Part shown: positions 8,455-16,558 of the stretch, in pieces | How positions within the stretch are numbered: the first letter of the stretch is position 1 | How the letters are laid out: every line of letters starts with the position of its first letter | Origin: an uncultured Dehalococcoidales bacterium | GTDB taxonomy: Bacteria > Chloroflexota > Dehalococcoidia > GIF9 > UBA5629 | DNA: 43,223 nucleotides | Assembly: GCA_964448985.1 (NCBI GenBank) | Contig: CAYVBI010000002.1 | Location: 1 to 43,223 of the forward strand | Direction of reading: 5' to 3' | The notes under the pieces: generated by a model | What the model saw: only the letters and a program-made list of their open reading frames with translations | Databases searched by the model: none | What the model was told of the DNA's origin: nothing | Made by a program: the position numbers and the translations under genes

Positions 8455-8547
8455 CTATGCAGTGATCTTTTTAACTACGTTACGTTTACTGCTCTTGGTT
8501 TTACCGCGGTTCTTTTTGGCCGCCTTTAGCTTTGGTTTGTGTGCCAT
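8455..8547 (-). CDS. Candidate 30-aa lysine-rich small protein (MAHKPKLKAAKKNRGKTKSSKRNVVKKITA)
   Basis: An ATG-to-TAG ORF below the ORF-track cutoff. It fills the gap between the ferritin-like ORF (stop at 8555-8557, 7 nt upstream) and purD. Only a weak AAGG/GAG SD is present and I recognise no homolog. Confidence 0.3.
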   Translation of the reverse strand: MAHKPKLKAAKKNRGKTKSSKRNVVKKITA

Positions 8548-8554
8548 TTTCTCA

Positions 8555-8815
8555 CTACCTTAATTCGTTATTTAATTTTTCAGCTTGTACGGGATCAAGC
8601 AATCTCAGCAGCTTTATTAGCCTCGCTACATGAGTTTTTTTATCTTCGAGTATCTGCTCGATGGTGTCAGCTGCATCTTCATTGTCGATCATCTCAACCT
8701 GTGCTTCATACTCGTTTATAGATTTGAGCTCGGCCACCAGGTTATCGCGTATCATCTCGAGGTCCATTGAGATCTCGAGACCTTGCTGCTGTTCTTCGAA
8801 AGCATCAAATGCCAT
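8555..8815 (-). CDS. Small acidic ferritin-like protein (EncFtn-like helical hairpin)
   Basis: GGAGG at 8821-8825 sits 5 nt before ATG 8815 (the ORF is open to 8839). The 86-aa sequence ...AELKSINEYEAQVEMIDNEDAADTIEQILEDKKTHVARLIKLLRLLDP aligns by eye, without gaps, to my memory of the encapsulated-ferritin core. Confidence 0.4.
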   Translation of the reverse strand: MAFDAFEEQQQGLEISMDLEMIRDNLVAELKSINEYEAQVEMIDNEDAADTIEQILEDKKTHVARLIKLLRLLDPVQAEKLNNELR

Positions 8816-8871
8816 AGTTTCCTCCAGATGCAAAACCACAATGGGGTATCAAACCGGAAATAGTCTCTATT

Positions 8872-8885
8872 GCTTTTGCAAAAGC
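8872..8885. promoter_or_regulatory. Perfect 14-bp palindrome GCTTTTGCAAAAGC, a candidate operator at the TSS of the ferritin-like/pur operon
   Basis: The palindrome starts a few nt downstream of the predicted -10 at 8894-8899 (minus strand). Confidence 0.35.
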
Positions 8886-8893
8886 GTCTAAAA

Positions 8894-8922
8894 AGTATAT
8901 ATTTTCAGACGTTTTAAATCAA
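8894..8922 (-). promoter_or_regulatory. Sigma-70-like promoter for the ferritin-like ORF / small ORF / purDEBCS
   Basis: On the minus strand: TTGATT (8922-8917), a 17-nt spacer, then TATACT (8899-8894). The leader to ATG 8815 is about 70 nt. Confidence 0.45.
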
Positions 8923-8934
8923 GGGGCAGAAGTA

Positions 8935-9111
8935 TCAGGCGTTGCTCGGAATGGCTTTGAGCAGGCCCTCTCTCAGGGAAACCAATACGTCGGAGCTGTA
9001 CCGCTCGATTTGACCCTCGTAGCAGAGGGCGGCAAGACGTGGATCTACAGGTATCCTGGCCAGAAATGGCGCACCGGCCGCCGGTTGGAGCCGTTGTCCT
9101 GCTTTCGGTTG
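8935..9111 (-). pseudogene. Start-less relic of the C-terminus of a MinD/Mrp/NBP35-type P-loop ATPase
   Basis: 58 stop-free codons ending in TGA at 8935-8937: QPKAGQRLQPAAGAPFLARIPVDPRLAALCYEGQIERYSSDVLVSLREGLLKAIPSNA. The (V/A)PFL(G/A)RIP(L/V)DP....C.EG pattern is the typical tail of Mrp/MinD-fold ATPases. There is no start codon and no ATPase domain upstream. Confidence 0.4.
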
Positions 9112-9342
9112 TTACTTCTTGGCTGACTTCTTTAAATCAGAGCCGGCCAACCTGAGTATGACGGTATCTCCCACAGTGACGATATCGTCAAGTTTGATTT
9201 TGTATTTCGTGTTAAGGCCGGCGTTTATGACTGCATACTTAACGATTCCCGAAACAATGTCGATGTCCAGATCGGCCATTTTGCCTATCTTATCTCCATG
9301 CGAACCGATTACTTCTTTTCCCAACAGCTTCTTAACTAGCAT
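9112..9342 (-). CDS. Stand-alone PRC-barrel domain protein (76 aa)
   Basis: GGAGG lies 4 nt before ATG 9342. MLVKKLLGKEVIGSHGDKIGKMADLDIDIVSGIVKYAVI...VGDTVILR fits the PRC-barrel pattern L.GkeV....G..iG...D..ID. Confidence 0.6.
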   Translation of the reverse strand: MLVKKLLGKEVIGSHGDKIGKMADLDIDIVSGIVKYAVINAGLNTKYKIKLDDIVTVGDTVILRLAGSDLKKSAKK

Positions 9343-9453
9343 ATTACCTCCGCGTTTCCACAATTACCGGTATTGCATTTTTCTCATTATTATACAATTA
9401 TTAACTGACCCCGCAAGAAAGCCTGATTTAATCCAACAGGCCACTGGAGGACT

Positions 9454-10455
9454 ATGTTTTACATAATATATGGTGATGACAGTTACAGATGCCACCAGGC
9501 GTTGAACGAGATAAAAGCGAGCCTGGGCAGCCCGGACATGGTGGCAATCAATACAACGACACTGGACGGACGCAGACTATCTATCAGGGCCTTGAATGAT
9601 GTATGCAGCGTGGTCCCTTTTATGGCCTCCAGCAGGCTGGTGATCGTAGAAGGATTGTTAAAGCGTTTCCAGCCAGGTGACAGGCAGGCCAGGGCCAATA
9701 GTAGTGTCGAGGAGGCCGGGCAGGCGCTGAAAGAATGGCAGGGCATATCTGAGTACATTAAGTTGATGCCTCCGACAACAGTGCTGGTTCTTTTCGATGC
9801 CGACCTCGACTCGAAAGCCGTCAACCAGCTTTTTAAATCGTTGGCGCCTGCTGCCGACCGGGTGCTCCCAATGAACGAGATAAAGGGCAAAGAACTGGCG
9901 GCCTGGATCAAAGATTACACGGTTAAGAGCAAGGGCAAGATCTCGGCAGGCGCTGTGGCTCTGCTGGCTGATTATATCGGTGGTGATTTATGGTCGCTGA
10001 CAGGTGAGCTCAACAAGCTGATGACCTATTGTGAGGGACGTGAGATAAGCGACAGTGATGTCAGGGAGATATCCAGCTTTGCACGGGAAGAAAGCATTTT
10101 CGTTCTGGTCGATGCGGTGCTTGAGGGCCGGATCAAGGATGCGCAACTCATGCTGCATCGCATGCTCAAATACGGGACGGCACCGCAGCAGATATTGGCC
10201 ATGATCGAGAGGCAGCTCGCAATCATCCTGAGGGTTAAAGAATTAAGCCATGGGAACCAGCAGGAGATCCGAGAGAGCCTCGGGCTTCATCCCAGATATC
10301 CACTGGAGAAAACCTTGCGGCAGGCCAGGTCGTTTACCATACCCAAATTACGCAAAGCGTTTCACGCGCTGCTGGATACCGATGTAGCGATTAAGACCGG
10401 TAAATATGAGGACGATCTGGCTTTAGACCTGCTGGTAATAGAACTGTGTAAATAA
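9454..10455 (+). CDS. holA: DNA polymerase III subunit delta
   Basis: 333 aa with N-terminus YIIYGDDSY. The length and helical C-terminal domain are typical of HolA. GGAGG lies just upstream. Confidence 0.8.
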   Translation: MFYIIYGDDSYRCHQALNEIKASLGSPDMVAINTTTLDGRRLSIRALNDVCSVVPFMASSRLVIVEGLLKRFQPGDRQARANSSVEEAGQALKEWQGISEYIKLMPPTTVLVLFDADLDSKAVNQLFKSLAPAADRVLPMNEIKGKELAAWIKDYTVKSKGKISAGAVALLADYIGGDLWSLTGELNKLMTYCEGREISDSDVREISSFAREESIFVLVDAVLEGRIKDAQLMLHRMLKYGTAPQQILAMIERQLAIILRVKELSHGNQQEIRESLGLHPRYPLEKTLRQARSFTIPKLRKAFHALLDTDVAIKTGKYEDDLALDLLVIELCK

Positions 10456-10529
10456 AATACGGAAAGAGAAAAATCTGACGTTGCGCTGCTGTAGGGGAAA
10501 AGTCCTTTGAAAAATATAATTCGTAACCA

Positions 10530-10558
10530 TCGACAATTATCCGGTATTTGGTTAAAAT
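10530..10558 (+). promoter_or_regulatory. Candidate promoter for glgC
   Basis: TCGACA (10530-10535), a 17-nt spacer, then TAAAAT (10553-10558). This would leave a very short leader before ATG 10570. Confidence 0.3.
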
Positions 10559-10569
10559 TGTGTTGAAGT

Positions 10570-11868
10570 ATGGTTGCGATATCGGATATGAGAAGGGTTT
10601 TAGCTATTATCCTGGCCGGTGGTGCGAGTGAGCGTTTAAGTGTCCTTGCTGATGAACGTGCCAAGCCGGCTGTCCCTTTCGGTGGAAAATACCGTATCAT
10701 CGATTTTACACTGAGCAACTGCGCCAACTCGGGTATCTATAATGTTGCCGTATTAACCCAATTCAACCCGAGGTCGCTGGCCAGGCATGTCGGTGTAGGC
10801 AGGCCCTGGGACATGGACCGTGAACTGGGAGGAGCAGTGCTACTGCAGCCATTTCTCAGCCGCTCGCAGCGGACATGGTATAAAGGGACCGCTGACGCCG
10901 TTTACCAGAACCTCTATTATATAGTCGATCAGAGAGTAGACGAGATCCTTGTCCTATCGGCGGACCATATCTACAGCATGCGTTACGACCAGATGCTGGC
11001 CTCTCACCGCAACCGGCACGCAGATGTGACTGTGGCGGTCTATGAAGTACCCCAGGAAGACACGTCCAGGTTCGGCATTATTACGCTCGATCATAACGAG
11101 CGCATCGTGAATTTCGAGGAGAAGCCCAAAACAACCAAGAGCAGGCTGGCCTCCATGGGCATCTATATCTTCAATAAAAAGGTGCTGGTCGATTCTTTAG
11201 AGGAAATGGCCGGCAAGCAGGAAGGCTTCGACTTCGGGCATGATATTCTGCCGAACCTGATAAGCAAATACGAAGTATTCGGATTCCGCTTTCGCGGCTA
11301 CTGGCGGGACGTGGGGACCGTGGAAGCATACTGGCAGGCTAATATGGACCTGATCGTTGATCTTCCGGAATTAAACCTTTATAATCCGGAGAATGAGGTG
11401 AGGACAATCACGCAGGGATACCCACCCGTTAAGCTGGGACCTCATGCCCAGGTGAGCAGGGCACTCATATGTAATGGGGCAATCATCAATGGTACGGTCA
11501 TTGAATCTGTCATTTCCCCCCGGGTTTTTGTCGAAGAGGAGGCGGTAGTAAAAAACTCCATCATCTTCGAAGATACCACTATCGGTCGTGGCGCTATTAT
11601 AGAAAAGTGCATTATCGATAAGCAGGTCTGGGTCAGCCGCGGGTGCCATCTGGGAGCCGGGGATGAGGTTACTGCTAACAAAGAGGAGCCCGAACATCTG
11701 GATTCAGGTATAACGCTGGTCGGCAAAGGCACAAGGATACCCTCCGATGTAATAATTGGGAAAAACTGCAAGATCGAGCCCTGGGTGGAGGCTACCGATT
11801 TTACTTCCAAGACGATAGAGAGTGGCGAAACAATCAAAAGTAAGAGCCGTCGCAGGTACCAGGTTTGA
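10570..11868 (+). CDS. glgC: Glucose-1-phosphate adenylyltransferase
   Basis: [35 protein letters not shown], plus a C-terminal left-handed beta-helix region. The alternative start is ATG 10588. Confidence 0.9.
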   Translation: MVAISDMRRVLAIILAGGASERLSVLADERAKPAVPFGGKYRIIDFTLSNCANSGIYNVAVLTQFNPRSLARHVGVGRPWDMDRELGGAVLLQPFLSRSQRTWYKGTADAVYQNLYYIVDQRVDEILVLSADHIYSMRYDQMLASHRNRHADVTVAVYEVPQEDTSRFGIITLDHNERIVNFEEKPKTTKSRLASMGIYIFNKKVLVDSLEEMAGKQEGFDFGHDILPNLISKYEVFGFRFRGYWRDVGTVEAYWQANMDLIVDLPELNLYNPENEVRTITQGYPPVKLGPHAQVSRALICNGAIINGTVIESVISPRVFVEEEAVVKNSIIFEDTTIGRGAIIEKCIIDKQVWVSRGCHLGAGDEVTANKEEPEHLDSGITLVGKGTRIPSDVIIGKNCKIEPWVEATDFTSKTIESGETIKSKSRRRYQV

Positions 11869-11923
11869 TAACGCTGCACCTGAAAAATTGAAGCTTTAGT
11901 ATACCCAACCGGGACCGTTAACC

Positions 11924-13354
11924 ATGAAGATACTCTTTGCGGCCGCTGAAATTGCCCCCCTGACCAAGGTGGGGGGCCTGGCAGACGTTGTAAGCTCTTT
12001 GCCGGCAGAGCTTATTAAGATGGGTCACCAGGTCCGCGTGATAGTGCCTAAATACGGCTTCGTGGATTACTCTTCCTATAAAGCCGTGACCGTTATACGT
12101 GATCTCATTGTGTTTTCTCTCAAGGAATACAGGAGGATCACCCTGGAGCAGATTGTCCTTGATGGAGTCCCGGTCTACCTGCTATCCACGGATATTTTTT
12201 CCAAATCAGACAGTGTGTATGGTGGCGATGAGGTCGAAAAATTCTGGGTGTTCTGCGACTGCGTCAACCAGTCGCTGCCTTATCTGGGTTGGAAACCCGA
12301 AATAGTCCACTGCCATGACTGGCATACAGCTTTGCTTCCTCTGCTGCTGAGAATAGGCCGGTCTGATTGCCGTACGGTATTCACCATCCATAATTTGAGG
12401 TACCAGGGCAATTTCGATGACCGCATTTTGCATAGGTCCGGGATAAACCAGTACTGGTTCGGGCAAGTGGCCGGTCTGACCGATCTACCCTGGAATTTTA
12501 TGGTGCAGGGCATACTCTGGTCCCACGTAATTAATACCGTCAGTGAGAATTTTGCCCGTGAGATACTGACCGCCGAATATGGTTGCGGTATGCAGACGTT
12601 CATCGAATTTCGCAAGAGCAGCCTTTTCGGCATCATCAATGGTGTGGGATATGATGAATACGATCCTGAAAGTGATCCGTTGATCGAGGCCGGCTACAGC
12701 AGCGAAAATACTACCGGCAAGGCCATCAACAAGCTTAAATTGCTGGAAACGGCCGGCTGGAAATCGCGTCCTGAATCTCCCCTGATCGGCATGGTCTCGA
12801 GGCTGGATGAGCAAAAAGGCATGGACATCATTATCAATGCCGTTCCTGAAGTAATTAAATCAACAGGAGCACGATTCATCTTTCTGGGACGCGGAAAAGA
12901 GTATTATGAAGAGGCGCTGCTGCAGATTGAATCCAAATATCCGGACAATGTTAGGGCTTATATTACCTACGACAATGCCAGGGCGCACCTTGTTTATGCC
13001 GGGTCGGACCTTTTCCTCATGCCGTCGCTCTGGGAACCATGCGGCCTGGGACAAATGATCGCCATGCGCTACGGGACGTTGCCTGTAGTGCGAAATACCG
13101 GGGGACTGGCCGATACGGTGAGCAATCTGAGCGGCGATCTTAAACAGGGAACGGGCTTTGTCTTCTCGGAATACTCAGCAAAAGCACTGGCCTTTGCGCT
13201 CAGAAAGGCGGCAGAAGCATTCAGTAATAAGACCGCCTGGCAACGGGTAATAAAACGGGTGATGGAATTGGATTTCAGCTGGCAAGCATCGGCCCAACGC
13301 TATCAGGCCCTTTACAGAAGGGCGCTCGAGTTGAAAACAGATGGCCCGCTCTAA
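11924..13354 (+). CDS. glgA: Glycogen synthase (GT5, ADP-glucose type)
   Basis: MKILFAAAEIAPLTKVGGLADVV (KxGGL motif); 476 aa. Confidence 0.92.
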   Translation: MKILFAAAEIAPLTKVGGLADVVSSLPAELIKMGHQVRVIVPKYGFVDYSSYKAVTVIRDLIVFSLKEYRRITLEQIVLDGVPVYLLSTDIFSKSDSVYGGDEVEKFWVFCDCVNQSLPYLGWKPEIVHCHDWHTALLPLLLRIGRSDCRTVFTIHNLRYQGNFDDRILHRSGINQYWFGQVAGLTDLPWNFMVQGILWSHVINTVSENFAREILTAEYGCGMQTFIEFRKSSLFGIINGVGYDEYDPESDPLIEAGYSSENTTGKAINKLKLLETAGWKSRPESPLIGMVSRLDEQKGMDIIINAVPEVIKSTGARFIFLGRGKEYYEEALLQIESKYPDNVRAYITYDNARAHLVYAGSDLFLMPSLWEPCGLGQMIAMRYGTLPVVRNTGGLADTVSNLSGDLKQGTGFVFSEYSAKALAFALRKAAEAFSNKTAWQRVIKRVMELDFSWQASAQRYQALYRRALELKTDGPL

Positions 13355-14321
13355 ACCACCTGTTGTTGGCGTGGATTTGGGCGGCACCAAAATAATTACA
13401 GGCGTTTTTGCTCATGATGGTACAATGCTGTCCAGGATATACTGCCTCACCCTCGGTGAAGAGGGCCCTGCTAGGGTAATTGAACGGATTAAAGCATCTA
13501 TCGACCAAGCCATTGACAAAGCCGGATTGCAAAGAAACCAGATCGGCGGCATCTGCGTGGCGGCTCCGGGCCCCATCGACACAAACAGGGGACTGATAAT
13601 ACAGGCACCCAACCTTCCGCGCTGGCGCAATATACCGTTGCCAGCTCTTATCGCTGAAGACTTTAAATTGCCCGCATTCCTGGTGAATGATGCCGATGCT
13701 GCTGCATTGGGCGAGCACAGTTACGGCGCAGGCCGTGGTATAGGCAATTTAATTTACATCACAGTTAGCACCGGTATCGGCGGAGGTATGATTATCAACG
13801 GCGAGCTGTATAACGGAATCGATGGGTGTGCGGCAGAGATCGGGCATATGATAATAATGATTGACGGACCCATCTGTAAGTGTGGACGCAGGGGTTGCTT
13901 TGAAGCACTAGCATCTGGAACCGCTATAGGTCGCATGGCGAGAGAACGAGTTGCTCTAGGTGAAAAAAGTATCGTATTCGATCTTGCCGGATGTATTCTC
14001 GAAAATATTAGGTCCGAAACGGTGGCTGAGGCGGCCAGGAAAGGGGATCTGCTTGCCCTGGATGTAGTTCATGCGGCAGCCCGTTACCTGGGAATAGGGC
14101 TGGCGAATCTAGTGAATCTAATGAATCCACAGATGATAATAATTGGGGGCGGTGTTTCCAAGATGGGTGCAATGCTAATGGGGCCGGCCAGGAAATCCAT
14201 GAAGGAGCACGCCTTCAAACTGCCGATGAGCACGGTGCATATCGTCAAGCCGGCGCTTGGAACTGATGCTGGCCTTATCGGTGCGGCTGAATATGTGTTG
14301 CATAAGCGGATGATAGTCTAA
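13341..14321 (+). CDS. glk: ROK-family glucokinase
   Basis: VGVDLGGTKI ATP-binding motif, ROK zinc motif CKCGRRGCFEA, and a 14-nt overlap with glgA. Confidence 0.8.
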   Translation: MARSKPPVVGVDLGGTKIITGVFAHDGTMLSRIYCLTLGEEGPARVIERIKASIDQAIDKAGLQRNQIGGICVAAPGPIDTNRGLIIQAPNLPRWRNIPLPALIAEDFKLPAFLVNDADAAALGEHSYGAGRGIGNLIYITVSTGIGGGMIINGELYNGIDGCAAEIGHMIIMIDGPICKCGRRGCFEALASGTAIGRMARERVALGEKSIVFDLAGCILENIRSETVAEAARKGDLLALDVVHAAARYLGIGLANLVNLMNPQMIIIGGGVSKMGAMLMGPARKSMKEHAFKLPMSTVHIVKPALGTDAGLIGAAEYVLHKRMIV

Positions 14322-14346
14322 TTTTCCGTGCCGCTATGGTTTGGTA

Positions 14347-14357
14347 TAAAAGGCTTA
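14347..14357 (+). repeat. Left copy of the 11-bp direct repeat TAAAAGGCTTA
   Basis: An identical 11-mer occurs at 30088-30098. The two copies sit in the gaps bordering the sugar-utilisation block. Confidence 0.5.
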
Positions 14358-14927
14358 GGATTTAATGAGAGCATGTTCCAACATTTGAATTGCCGTTTCT
14401 TCAAAGCGAGACGTATCGCATTTCAGCCAAATAAAACATTTCCGGGTTGTCCACTCAACTAATCCACTGACCAACTCTGCAGCTGCTAAAGGATCATATT
14501 CTCGAATTTTGCCTCTTTTAATGCCTTCTATAATGGATGTGCGCAGAATTTCCTGCAGCTTCTTGTCGTCACTAGGTCTTGCATCTTCCATCCCGAGGTT
14601 AGCATGTATGTTAAGTAAACGTACTATATCGGTGTTCTCGGAAGAATATAAAAGTATATTGTGCACGCAAGTTCTGATTTGCTCAGGCCCCAAAGAGTCG
14701 GACAGCGATTTCGAAAAAATTTTGGCTATATCATTGGTGTAGCGCTCAATAAGAGCATCTGCTACAGCTAACTTGGAGTCGAAATAAAGATATGTAGTCC
14801 CGCGCGCAATACCCGCGTGTGCTGCTATCTGTGCCATACTCGTACGGGCGTAGCCCTGCCGTCTAAAAAGATCCCGTGCGGCAGCAAGAATTGCACTATG
14901 TCTGCCCGGTACCGCTTTTCTCGCCAT
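14355..14927 (-). CDS. TetR/AcrR-family transcriptional regulator (copy 1)
   Basis: HTH region AARDLFRRQGYARTSMAQIAAHAGIARGTTYLYFDSK. The start is placed at MARKAVPGR, where similarity to copy 2 begins (the ORF is open to 14954). It is divergent from the operon starting at 15097. Confidence 0.85.
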   Translation of the reverse strand: MARKAVPGRHSAILAAARDLFRRQGYARTSMAQIAAHAGIARGTTYLYFDSKLAVADALIERYTNDIAKIFSKSLSDSLGPEQIRTCVHNILLYSSENTDIVRLLNIHANLGMEDARPSDDKKLQEILRTSIIEGIKRGKIREYDPLAAAELVSGLVEWTTRKCFIWLKCDTSRFEETAIQMLEHALIKS

Positions 14928-15096
14928 CGCTTTATATGACTGAACGACAATCATTTATCATAGCAATGTCCACATATTCCGTCAAGCTCCTTCACGCTCG
15001 CGTCTTTACGGCATCACAGCTAGTGTTTTAGATTAGATACATGTCGATTACCAGCAGTGGCTGTGAATGGTGTGTTACAGGTAAAGGTTAATTTTA

Positions 15097-16185
15097 ATGA
15101 CAGAAAAATATAAGTTGGATAGACAGCTTGGGGTTGGCGTCATTGGCCTGGGAGGGATCGCCCATTTCCACGCGCCGGGATGGTTACTTTCGCCCTATAC
15201 TAAGTTAGTTGCGGGTAGCGATATCAAGCCTGAAATCTTTGCCGTCTGGCAAGATAGGTTTGGCACGAGCAGGTTCTATGAAGACCCTGCTGATTTGATT
15301 AGCGACCCTGATATCGACATAGTGGATATATGTTCACCTAATATATTCCACGCAGAGCAGACTATAGCTGCCCTTCGGGCCGGCAAGTATGTTTTATGTG
15401 AAAAGCCACTGTCTATAAAACCGGATGATATCCGCAATATGATTGCTGCCCGAGATAGCTCGGGGAAGCTTCTGATGACGGCGCAACATTTTCGCTTTCA
15501 AAGCATATCACAGGCGATGAAATCCAAAATTAAGGAGGGTGTACTTGGGGATGTATATCACGCTCGTGCCTGGATGCTCCGCCGCTGCCAGCTGCCTTCC
15601 TCACCCACTTTCATCCGCAAAGATCAATCCGGCGGCGGGCCGGCTATCGACCTTGGAACACATATCCTGGATTTAACACTCTGGATGATGGATTTTCCGA
15701 GGCCTACAGCGGTCAACGGTGTGGCTAAAACCGCCCTGGCCAAACATAAAGGTGCGTTCACAAATTGGGCTGGACGCAACCTTATACCTCAGGATATCGA
15801 GGTAGAGGACTTTGCGGCAGCCCTCGTGCATTTCGACAACGGAGCAACATTGATCCTCGAGGTAAGCTGGCTCCTTCATCATGATACACCGGAATGTGAT
15901 ATGAGAGTCTGGCTCTATGGCACAGAGGGTGGCTGCGAATGGCCGGCGGCAAATTTCCTGACAAATGATTACGCTGCACGTCAGCTCTACAACAATTCAA
16001 TTCAAACTGCCGATGATGTCACTGAACCGCACGCTGTGGAGTGTATGGAATTTGCGCGTGCGATTGTTCATGGATTGCCCTCGCCCGTTCCTGCCGAACA
16101 ATCGCTCCATGTCCAAACTATTCTCGATGGGATATATCTAAGCCAATCGGAAGGCAGGGAAATCAGACTGGGCGGCAAGATTTAA
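15097..16185 (+). CDS. Gfo/Idh/MocA-family NAD(P)-dependent oxidoreductase
   Basis: N-terminal Rossmann motif GVIGLGGIA, the CEKPL motif, and 362 aa. Confidence 0.85.
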   Translation: MTEKYKLDRQLGVGVIGLGGIAHFHAPGWLLSPYTKLVAGSDIKPEIFAVWQDRFGTSRFYEDPADLISDPDIDIVDICSPNIFHAEQTIAALRAGKYVLCEKPLSIKPDDIRNMIAARDSSGKLLMTAQHFRFQSISQAMKSKIKEGVLGDVYHARAWMLRRCQLPSSPTFIRKDQSGGGPAIDLGTHILDLTLWMMDFPRPTAVNGVAKTALAKHKGAFTNWAGRNLIPQDIEVEDFAAALVHFDNGATLILEVSWLLHHDTPECDMRVWLYGTEGGCEWPAANFLTNDYAARQLYNNSIQTADDVTEPHAVECMEFARAIVHGLPSPVPAEQSLHVQTILDGIYLSQSEGREIRLGGKI

Positions 16186-16213
16186 TAGAGCAAAGTAAAA
16201 AGGAGGAAATAAA

Positions 16214-16558
16214 ATGGAACAAGCACGGGTAATTAAGCCTGGTGAAGCGCCTGGAAGGAAAACAAGCGGTGGCGGTGACTTGAAATTTTTTCTACAAAAG
16301 GAGGACGGATTGACCTGCGGCATATTTATCATGCAGCCGGGGCAGAGGTTAAGCGCAAAAGACATGGCACATCCCGGAGACGAAGTATACTACGTCGCCA
16401 AAGGTCCATCCTATTGCGACATTCCTGAAACCAATACAAGATATAAAATCGAAGAGGGTGAATCCTTTTATATCCCCGCAGGTACAAAACACATCCCGCA
16501 TAATATACCCGGTGAAAATGAGGCCGTAGTTTTCTACTTCTGCACTAAATGGCCGTAA
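16214..16558 (+). CDS. Cupin-domain protein
   Basis: 114 aa. Cupin motif 2, GESFYIPAGTKHIPHN, is perfect (G-x5-P-x-G-x2-H-x3-N). Motif 1 is degenerate (MAHPGDEVYYVAKG). Confidence 0.75.
   Translation: MEQARVIKPGEAPGRKTSGGGDLKFFLQKEDGLTCGIFIMQPGQRLSAKDMAHPGDEVYYVAKGPSYCDIPETNTRYKIEEGESFYIPAGTKHIPHNIPGENEAVVFYFCTKWP

Noticed and set aside
8816-8887. A possible purine or ZTP riboswitch in the ~70-nt leader of the ferritin-like/pur operon.
   Set aside because: I could not find the conserved purine-riboswitch junction sequences or the ZTP pseudoknot motifs by eye. The leader is also too short for either aptamer plus an expression platform.
15042-15048. The heptamer TGTCGAT, shared upstream of both TetR-controlled catabolic genes (15042-15048 and 21031-21037, with GTCGAT again near 20803), as a possible TetR operator half-site.
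   Set aside because: It is not part of a palindrome at either site. For two regions of about 170 and 270 nt, several shared 7-mers are expected by chance.
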